A stretch of 64,000 nt of DNA from Balanoglossus misakiensis (taxonomy: Eukaryota > Animalia > Hemichordata). Below, one piece after another: positions 42,169-51,238 of the stretch (its first letter is position 1; the number at the start of each line of letters is the position of its first letter). The stretch is from positions 5,468,791-5,532,790 of the forward strand of contig CM082596.2 in assembly GCA_040954595.2 (NCBI GenBank). Direction: 5' to 3'. Under the pieces are notes generated by a model. That model saw only the letters and a program-made list of their open reading frames with translations. It was not told the origin of the DNA and did no database searches. Position numbers and translations under genes: made by a program.

Positions 42169-42870
42169 GAGCTAGAGACTCTCTCGAATCCGAAACTGAA
42201 TCTGATTCCGAAACCGCCACTGACTTCAGCAACGATCAGCATGCAGAGCTAGAGACTCTCTCGAATCCGAAACTGAATCTGATTCCGAAACCGCCACTGA
42301 CTTCAGCATCGATCAGCATGCAGAGCTGCAGAGCTAGAGACTCTCTCGAATCCGAAACTGAATCTGATTCCGAAACCGCCACTGACTTCAGCAACGATCA
42401 GCATGCAGAGCTAGAGCTAGAGACTCTCTCGAATCCGAAACTGAATCTGATTCCGAAACCGCCACTGACTTCAGCATCGATCAGCATGCAGAGCTGCAGA
42501 GCTAGAGACTCTCTCGAATCCGAAACTGAATCTGATTCCGAAACCGCCACTGACTTCAGCAACGATCAGCATGCAGAGCTAGAGCTAGAGACTCTCTCGA
42601 ATCCGAAACTGAATCTGATTCCGAAACCGCCACTGACTTCAGCAACGATCAGCATACAGAGCTAGAGACTCTCTCGAATCCGAAACTGAATCTGATTCCA
42701 AAGCCGCCACTGACTTCAGCATCGTTAAGCATGCAGAGCTAGACTCTCTCGAATCCGAAACTGAATCTGAATCCGAAACCGCCACTGACTTCAGCATCGT
42801 TCAGCATGCAGAGATAGACTCTCTCGAATCCGAAACTCAATCTGATTCCGAAACCGCCACTGACTTCAGC
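42169..42870. repeat. Minisatellite, 9 units of 75-85 bp, with two degenerate monomers upstream (~41717-41775, ~41855-41900)
   Basis: Core ctctctcgaatccgaaactgaatctgattccgaaaccgccactgacttcagc. Periods are 77,85,83,85,83,77,75,75. Confidence 0.95.
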
Positions 42871-43474
42871 CATTTTGAACCTTGCCTGTTGTCAAATCTT
42901 GACGAGCGCCCTCTTGTGACAGATATCAAAATTACTTTGTTTCACGCAGTAACTCGCCTGTTGGCAAATTCTGACGAGCGCCCTCTTGCAACGACGGTTA
43001 CGATATTAGCGATTTCTCGCTTTCTCCCGGTGAAACTGCCCTCAAAACAGGAAATTTATGTTGGCAAGGAGTGAGTTGAGCTTTATTTTGGACCATGTAC
43101 CCCCTTTTTTGTCGACAAGTTCATTATTATCGCCGTTAAGCTTTGCCAACGGCTACTCCGGTGTGTAAGTCCTCGCCTGTAGCTAGAGACGAAACATTGA
43201 CGGGCGCCCTCTGCAGAGGCAAGCTGGAGATCCATTGGATTCTACTTCCGGTCTTGCGCATTTGGTTCAATAAAAATGGCGGACGACTGTGCGCTCGTTA
43301 AATAAGCATGCGGACGATTCGTATTGGGAGCGATTTTGTGGGTAAAAGACAGCACTTTCCGTATACCAGTCAAAAAGACCCCATTTTTAAAGGTTGTTGC
43401 CTTTCAGTATGATTTTGGTTAAACGTCATCACGCGCCATAACTCAAACAGCGGCGTTTGGAAAACGTGGGGATA

Positions 43475-43741
43475 AACTGTGTTAACGCCATCTTGAAAAT
43501 TTGCAGTGCATTATGGGTAAATTTAGTTCCGGTTGGGGGAGTAGCGTCTACAATCTATCCAATTTTCCAGCAGTTTTGTCAGATTTTCTTCAAGTAACGT
43601 TAGTAGTAGTAGTTACATGAAGAAAATCTGACTAAACCGCTGGAAAATGGATAGGTTGTAGACGCTACTCCCTCCCCCCCCAACTGGAACTCAATTTACC
43701 CATAATGCACTGCACATTTTCAAGATGGCGTTAACACAGTT
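43475..43741. repeat. Long imperfect inverted repeat (~125 bp arms, ~13 bp loop), foldback-type element
   Basis: aactgtgttaacgccatcttgaaaat...cttcaagtaac [gttagtagtagta] gttacatgaag...ttttcaagatggcgttaacacagtt. Confidence 0.85.
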
Positions 43742-44691
43742 AGGGGGCAGCCATCTTGAAAAGTCGCTTCATGCACATTTCATGTAAATAACCTTGTGCA
43801 GGAACTACGTTTTTCAACTGTACACTTATTTGAGGTTTGAAGGACAACTTTGAAACTGATGCAATTCTTGTATATATTTTTTTGTGATTACATATTGTTT
43901 TTTTAAGTAAAAAATATGGATATTTTTGGTATGTTTGAACTACAATAATGTTCATTTTTGAAAAAAATTATGGTGATAAATTGTTTTTAAAAAATCATTC
44001 GGTGGTGGTAGTTATGACAGTTTCTGCTACATACACTGCATACACCTCAGACAGAATGCGTGAAAATGGCCAAATGTTTGACTGCTAATGTTGCAAAACT
44101 GTACAAACAGAAAAGAGCTTACTTATCATTGTAAGTTGTTGACCCAAATCATGAAAATAACAATGTCTTTTGATTGTCATGATTACTATAAGTTCCATGT
44201 CACTTTCATACACCTTAACAGATACATATTTCCAATGTGCCGCCAGTGAAAATGATCCCTGCTGCTTAGACATGAGAAATTTCCCACAAAAAAATAACCC
44301 ACGACTTTTATATTGCAGCAATATATACTTCTTTATGCAGAAACATACAGCAAATGAGACATGGTGACATAAAATGGTGTCAAAATATTTCAGGAATATG
44401 CATGAACATGTAGCATTAGAAAACTTTCAAATGAAAGCAGATTGTTTTGTGTTAAATTTTCCCATTTTCAGTTGTTGTTTTAGTCTACAAGAATAGATGT
44501 AACCACAAATCCATTGTTTACAACCGCAAGAGTAAATCTTGGAGCAAAGCAACAATTGCAATCTTGTAATCACAGTAATTAGTGCATATCTGTATCTCAA
44601 AGTCAAATGATTAAATCCAATCACTGTAAAATACTGAAACATACATCATTGTTATTCTTTAAAGTGTTTTTTTATACAAAATTACATTTCA

Positions 44692-46740
44692 TTAACCCTG
44701 GTGCTGGCCACTGATGAAGTGAAGCATGAAGTCAACTCGGCCCTCGCACTCCTTTCCGCAGCTATTGCACTGGAAGGGGTTCTGGTTGCCATGGCAGCCC
44801 ATGTGGACGATGAACATGACGTTGTCCTCAAACGTGATGCTGCAATGATGGCAGCGCCAGGTCTTGCAGCCGACTCCCAGGTTGCTGCTGGTGGAGACGG
44901 TGCCCTGTGACCTTGTCGCGTTCGGTTGCGTCTCTGTGCCGGTGGTTCCACCAGCTGTGGGTCTGCTGCTGCGCTGGACTCCTCTGGCGCCCTTGGCAGT
45001 GTCAACACGACTTGTGCTGGTGCTCACGTCTGTGGTCTGCACTCCCTCTGATTCCCGCGCGTCTGATGTACTGGCACTGTTCAGATTATCCATCACTGAT
45101 CCAGCCAATCTATTTGCAGCATCTCCTTTATCAAAGTTCGACGCTGCACGGAAACTGTCAACACTGGACTTTCTGAGATTGCTTGAACCGTGAGAGTTCC
45201 TCCTTTTAAACTCCGAGGCGCTGTTCACTAGACTCCTTCTCCTTCGGTTTCTCTCCTCCAACTCTTTCCAATCTTTGCTGCTGTCTCTGAAGTAGCCGTG
45301 CAACAAACTGGCTTTCCTCTTCTGACTCCCTGTGATTGCCAGTCTGCTGGTTTTCTCTGCGGCCCGCATGGAATCTTCAACAGACTTTTCCCTACCACTT
45401 GTTGTCTGAGACTGCTCATCTTCATCGCCATCTTGTCTCTGCAACATCTGCTGGATGCAATTCAGCGACGAGACATCCTCACAGCTCTCCTGCGTGTTTT
45501 CCGAACTCTCATTATTGTCATCAGTGTCGGAAGAAATCTGAGAATCACTTCTCCGGATGGCAGAACTTTGAGGATCTCGAGTTGATGTCAGGGAGCACAC
45601 ATTTGTGATGACGATATCCTTTCCTTGAGCACGGCAAGATGTCCTCTTCTTCTCATTTTTTCTGGCTGGATGGAAGTTTTCGCTCCTGCTGTTGTCGCTG
45701 CTAGCAGATGACGAGAGGCTTGTTGCCTGGGAACCTGGCACTCCTAAAGTTAATGCAGGGGTGTCCTGTGGTGGCAAGTATTGATTTCCCATTGCAGATG
45801 TTTCAGGGGAGATCTGTGGAAATCCAGACGACGTATTTTCAACATTGACGATCCGCCCGTCGTTTAGCACCATCCAGCTGGGTTCTTGGTGTGGCAGGTT
45901 GGATGTGCCCCCTTGTGCCAGTTGGGCGATGTCTCTCTCGTTATCATTCCCACTGATGCTCGGTACGTGTTCCTGCTGGTCCCGTAGAAACCCAATGTTC
46001 TGCTCCAGGCGGGTGACTTGCGCCGGGTGCATGACTTCCGGGTTCTGCGCCAACCTGTCCACCACGACGGGCAGCACCTCCCGCGACTGCACCACCTGGC
46101 TCTCCGCCTTGTGCTTCTGCTTGTGCCTCTGCAGGGAGCTGGAGAACGAGCAGCGGAAGCCGCAGACGTTGCAAATGTAGGGTTTGTCTCCTCCCTTGTG
46201 GTGCGTCGCGACGTGGCGCTCCAGCTTCTCCTGGTTGGGGAACGCCAGGTTGCACGTGCCGCAGGCGTGGCCCGAGCCGTGCGTCTTCACGTGCGAGCGC
46301 ATGGTCTGCATGCGGCTGAAGCGGCGTCCGCACACGGGGCACTCATGGGGTTTCTCCCCGCTATGCATCCTCTTGTGCAAGACCAGCGTGTACTGCCTGG
46401 TGAAGCTCTGCCCGCACTCGTCGCACCGGTAAGGTTTCTCTCCCGTATGAACGCGCAGATGCACCGTCAGATTATACTGCCGAGTAAACGACTGATTACA
46501 CAAGTCGCAGCGATACGGCCGACTGTGGCCCAGCTCGTGCACCCTCCAATAAGACCGCCTGGAGAACATCTTATTGCAGTACGAACACCTATACTGGTTC
46601 TCTGCTTCGTGACTTTGTTTGTGTATTGTTAAATTGAGGTGAGATGTGAAGGTCTGATTGCAGATATCACAGGTGTATATGTCAAGGCTATTCTCCTGGC
46701 CTGTCCCGGATGTGGGTGTTTCTTGAACATCAAGATTCAT
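44692..46740 (-). CDS. C2H2 zinc-finger transcription factor, Ikaros/Pegasus/Hunchback-like (7 N-terminal fingers + C-terminal dimerisation finger pair), 682 aa
   Basis: Seven CxxC-x12-HxxxH fingers with TGEKP/SGEKP-type linkers, then a long Ser/Gln/acidic linker. The C-terminus WRCHHCSITFEDNVMFIVHMGCHGNQNPFQCNSCGKECEGRVDFMLHFISGQH matches the Ikaros-family dimerisation fingers. An acceptor at 46749-46750 lies just upstream of the ATG. Confidence 0.92.
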   Translation of the reverse strand: MNLDVQETPTSGTGQENSLDIYTCDICNQTFTSHLNLTIHKQSHEAENQYRCSYCNKMFSRRSYWRVHELGHSRPYRCDLCNQSFTRQYNLTVHLRVHTGEKPYRCDECGQSFTRQYTLVLHKRMHSGEKPHECPVCGRRFSRMQTMRSHVKTHGSGHACGTCNLAFPNQEKLERHVATHHKGGDKPYICNVCGFRCSFSSSLQRHKQKHKAESQVVQSREVLPVVVDRLAQNPEVMHPAQVTRLEQNIGFLRDQQEHVPSISGNDNERDIAQLAQGGTSNLPHQEPSWMVLNDGRIVNVENTSSGFPQISPETSAMGNQYLPPQDTPALTLGVPGSQATSLSSSASSDNSRSENFHPARKNEKKRTSCRAQGKDIVITNVCSLTSTRDPQSSAIRRSDSQISSDTDDNNESSENTQESCEDVSSLNCIQQMLQRQDGDEDEQSQTTSGREKSVEDSMRAAEKTSRLAITGSQKRKASLLHGYFRDSSKDWKELEERNRRRRSLVNSASEFKRRNSHGSSNLRKSSVDSFRAASNFDKGDAANRLAGSVMDNLNSASTSDARESEGVQTTDVSTSTSRVDTAKGARGVQRSSRPTAGGTTGTETQPNATRSQGTVSTSSNLGVGCKTWRCHHCSITFEDNVMFIVHMGCHGNQNPFQCNSCGKECEGRVDFMLHFISGQHQG

Positions 46741-47180
46741 TGTGAAACCTGAAATAGCAAGTTACATCAACAACAAATAGGAAATTAAATATAAAGAAAA
46801 TAAAAGGCTAAAATAGTACATATCAGCAGCAAAATCATTAGCAAACAAGAAAGTGGGTCCCTCTGTCTGAATGTGAGAAAAAGTTTAAGTAAAGAAAATT
46901 GGGTGTTACTTCAAAAAATTTGCAAACTTTTTAGATTGTCTTCAGAGGTGACAACTCATCGACAAAAGGGGTGTCTAATGTGGCTGGTTTGAAAACATGT
47001 GTCAACTGCCTGTCTTTAATTAGCATTTTCTTCATGCAATTTTGGCACATTTCTTTTGTCTTCTAGATACAGAGATGTACAAGTAAGTCCATAATCAAAG
47101 CAAAAATAAATCCTCAAAACCTATCAGATTTTTCTATCTTAGAATGATTATTAGCTACCTAACCTAAGGCCTCAATATCA

Positions 47181-47238
47181 TTCATAAAAATAAATCCATA
47201 CAAATCAATTAATGATTGTATGGATTCATTTTTATGAA
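47181..47238. repeat. 58 bp AT-rich hairpin flanked by ~30 bp direct repeats
   Basis: ttcataaaaataaatccatacaaatca-attaa-tgattgtatggattcatttttatgaa. ctacctaacct(a/t)aggcctnaatatcattc occurs at ~47155 and ~47250. Confidence 0.65.
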
Positions 47239-50200
47239 AGATATCAGAACTACCTAACCTTAGGCCTAAATATCATTCCAAATTAGGTGAAGGAGTTAAA
47301 TGTCACACCAAGTACCTAAGAAAACAGAAAACTGAGCACAGTATACTGATAGTCTTGACCAAGGACGAAAGATAATGTTGTTCACATTGTCATTTATAAA
47401 AAACAATACTGGATATGACCCCTCATTTGTTTCAGTTTGGGCTGTTACTGTGTTAATGTGACTTTGACCATAAACGATGACGTCACTCACAAAATGGTGG
47501 CACGTCATCCTTGCGTTGGTGTAAATTTGCATAAAGGTTGACCCACGTACTACATGTAGTACACAGTACTCGAATTATCAGCGAAACTATTCTCGAACGA
47601 CGGAAAATGTTTCTATGGCTTTCTTGCAGTGCTATAGTGTGAACAGACGTAATGCAGACATTTACATATAACGAATATCCACTATATGGGCGAATAATTC
47701 TTGTTATAAATATCACAAACACAGTCGTGTATCACATGGCTACACAGTCTACAGCCCTGGTCATATGCCAGTTCACATCAAATTCCACAAATAAATTAAC
47801 ATATTATACCACAAATGTGTTCGTACCTTTTAACCATTACACAAGACAGTCCTAATGTCGACCAATTCCAAAATAATGGCCTAAATTTGCTTGCAAAATA
47901 CACAACCGTCCATTCTCGGTGTGTCGTCTTCCTTTCGTCCCCGTGACCTCTGACCTGACCTGTTATGGTATAGCGCCCTCCTGAAAGAAAATGGGAGCTT
48001 CAATCGTTTTCACTGGACAAAATAGCACCGTTGGCATAGAACTACTCTAAATTGATCACAAACTGACAAAAATTTCAAGTTCTAGTGTATATCATTGGCA
48101 CAAAAACTGAGTAGATCTTTGACACAAAATATCCACGCATTGTTGAGCAAAAAGTGATTTTAAATGTCCATACTCACCAACGCCACAACCACGATCATGA
48201 TGAATCTAAAATAAAATTTACAGGCTAACAAAGACAAATCATTTTATTTTTTTGCAAGCCTTTAATATTTATTTCTCAAAAAATTCATTTGGGGAAACTT
48301 GGCAAATAAATACAGCTTTTTTTCTTAAAATAACAAAATACATTCAACAGGTTGTCTTCTGCTGGACAATAGGATGACACAATAGGCCAACTTATGTTAC
48401 AGAAAAAAAACACGTTTAAGGTGATTTCTTGGTCAAAAGAATTACAATGTATTTTCAAAATTTATCATTTGCGTGCAGAATCGTATCACTGATGCTACCG
48501 TGGGTTACTGCTATACTGATGGGCAATTTGAAAAGAATGGAATGATAAAAAAAAAAAACATAAATACACGAAAAAATACTAAGTATGATACATTTAGAAA
48601 AAAACCCTGACACCCCCAAAATTAAAGAGCATATCCTTTTGAGTAAAATCTGGTAAGAAAGTGAGCCATACAAAAATAAAAATTAGGCAACTGACCATCT
48701 TTAATGACCTAGCTATGATTCTAGAGGGGTTAACGGCAAGGGTTAAAGAATACTGTATTCTTTCAAGTTAAACCATTTAGTAAACTAACTCCAATGTTTA
48801 ATATCTAGCTGATTTTACAATTACCAGTACTGCAAGCAGGATGTACGTGTCTGCTACATTATGGCTGTATGCATGCACTTACCATATACATGTACCAATA
48901 ACCATTTCCACATATCGGTAAGCAGAACCAAATATGGTAGCAGAGGAGAACTATATTTTGCATTGTGGGATCTTGCATTGCTTCGTAACGTCTCTGAAGT
49001 AGATTTGATCCAGCTGGGAGACTTTTTTCTCATTTGTTTCTTATTTTTCACTGATCACCTAAAATCTAAGTGCACAAAAATGTCTTCAAAGTGACTCTGA
49101 GACATAACGTATCATCTGCTTTCCGTTAATTTCCAAGTGCCTCCGAGACAAATCTACAGAACCTGAGTTTCTTTGAAACCAGTCGCCCAGCTGAACAATC
49201 TCCCCAGATTGACATCTGTAGTAAATAACCATATGTAATAAATATTTCCTAGAAACTGCAACTCTATGTTCTAAAATTCTCTACAAATCTACAGTCAAGG
49301 ATTAGTGTCCTTCTCTTCCACAAGTACCCTTTGTAATACTTCCTGAATATAGCTGACATACAACATACAATAAATTACCAAACAAAAATAAAACTTTCGA
49401 GGCACCAAATGTCTTGACTATGAAAAACAATCATGAAAATTAACATTTAACAGAAAACTGCATTACAGGAGTCATCATTAAAGTTAAGACACCTATCCTA
49501 ATCTAATCATCCGATTGGCTTTTCAAGCAACACCTCCTGATTGGTCACTCAGGAGCACGAAAACAGCAACAAGCTCTCTGATTGGTCACTTCCACTTTTA
49601 CTTTCATGAGTGCTGTCAGTTTATTGGCTACCAGGCAGCCATCTTGTCAGGAGATTTTCAAGGATCAGATGGACAATAATGAATAGAACAAGAAGTAGAA
49701 TCCCTGTTATTTTTCCCTTACTGCTCGGGAAATTGCTGAGAATTATCCTCCCAGCCTACTACTCTCAAAGTTCGAAAAAATTATTCAGCTGGTGAAAACT
49801 AACCTGAAAATACTGTTATAATAGACCCGCATGTTAGTATGGTTGTGGTATCTACAGCAATATGGTTCTCACATTTTTACATCACAGATTCTCTGCTGTT
49901 CACAGGATACTAAGGCTCATGCACTAAAAATTAAAAAAAACATCACCTGTGTTATTTACATTCATTTTGGTACAGTCTAATACAGATAAGTGCACATGGA
50001 CGTTTTGTTTCATGGTAGATTCAGCAGAGATTTGTACGGGATTATCTGTTGTAATACACAATTTGAAAGATCTTTTCAGGTTTGAAAATGAAAAGAAACA
50101 TCTTCGAAGTTTAGATACCCAGAGTACTAGAGTAATGGTGCCGGAAAAAAGCCAACAAACAATATAAGTTACTTCCTGTTTGTAATATATTACATGGCAC

Positions 50201-51238
50201 GCTTGTTACCTAAATACAACCGCACAAGAAATGGATTTTCTATTTTGTATAAGCACCCATGGTATAGATTTTTTCAGTAATATCCGCACATAAAAAATGA
50301 GATTTATACAAGATGTTATCTGACACAATTCACCTCACTAGTAACATTTATGAATTCTGTAAAATGTAAATACTTCTGAGAAAATTCTGACAACACGGTA
50401 TTGTTTGAAATCTCTTATTCAAACCCCTTTTTTCTGCCATAGCTTAGCTTCTCCACAGTTCGTGTGTACTTCAAGGGGTTTGGTCTATTTTAACCACACC
50501 AAAAAGTAAACTTCACATCAAGGTTTGAGCCTGGCAAGGTAAGGGAGCTACGAGGTCAAAGGCCAATGTCAAAGCTCAAGCAAGGTCCTGACCTTTGACA
50601 CAACATTCCCACATGTAATATAATGCTGAAGTGGCATTGCTAGAATTTTCTCTTTTGCCAATCAGAACAAAATAAAATCCTGACACATAAGGTTTCCAAA
50701 TGAAGAACAATTACTTTTCAAATCTCTTTAAATTTTTTGTCACACCACATCCCACAATCATGCGCACCTCAAAAAAATTCTATGAATAAAAAACAACAGA
50801 AAACTGGACATTTTCCCTGTTGAACATTTCCCAATAAAAATACAATTTGTGACTATAATTATATCTATCCCTTTTCAGAGAAATTTGACAATATACATTA
50901 TGCCTTTAAGAGGTTGACATATATTTTACACTGCACTTATCTTCTGTACCGAAGAAATCTTCAATTCAAATCAAACATTGTCAAAAGTTGATGAAATCAA
51001 ACCACAGATTCAGACTGGTACAACATTTTATATATGTACACAACACAAAACTAGAATTCTGAATCTGATAGCTACTGGTTATTCAGGGCTCAAGATGTTT
51101 GAACTTTTAAAAGGCATACGAAAAATCACAACACTTTTTGGGTAAGTAGATGAAATATCTGGCCATGTTTGTTCATAGGATCAAAATCCAGTTTTCTGTT
51201 TACTTCGTATAAATTACACATTAACTCTGTAATATTTT

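Noticed and set aside
42169-42870. CRISPR-like array, or ORF 42318-42665 as an Ser/Glu/Asp-rich protein
   Set aside because: Units abut without unique spacers and the context is eukaryotic. The ORF is an artefact of the 168 bp dimer, and the frame shifts between monomers.
44682-46632. Multiple overlapping plus-strand and alternative-frame ORFs
   Set aside because: Shadows of the GC-rich zinc-finger exon.
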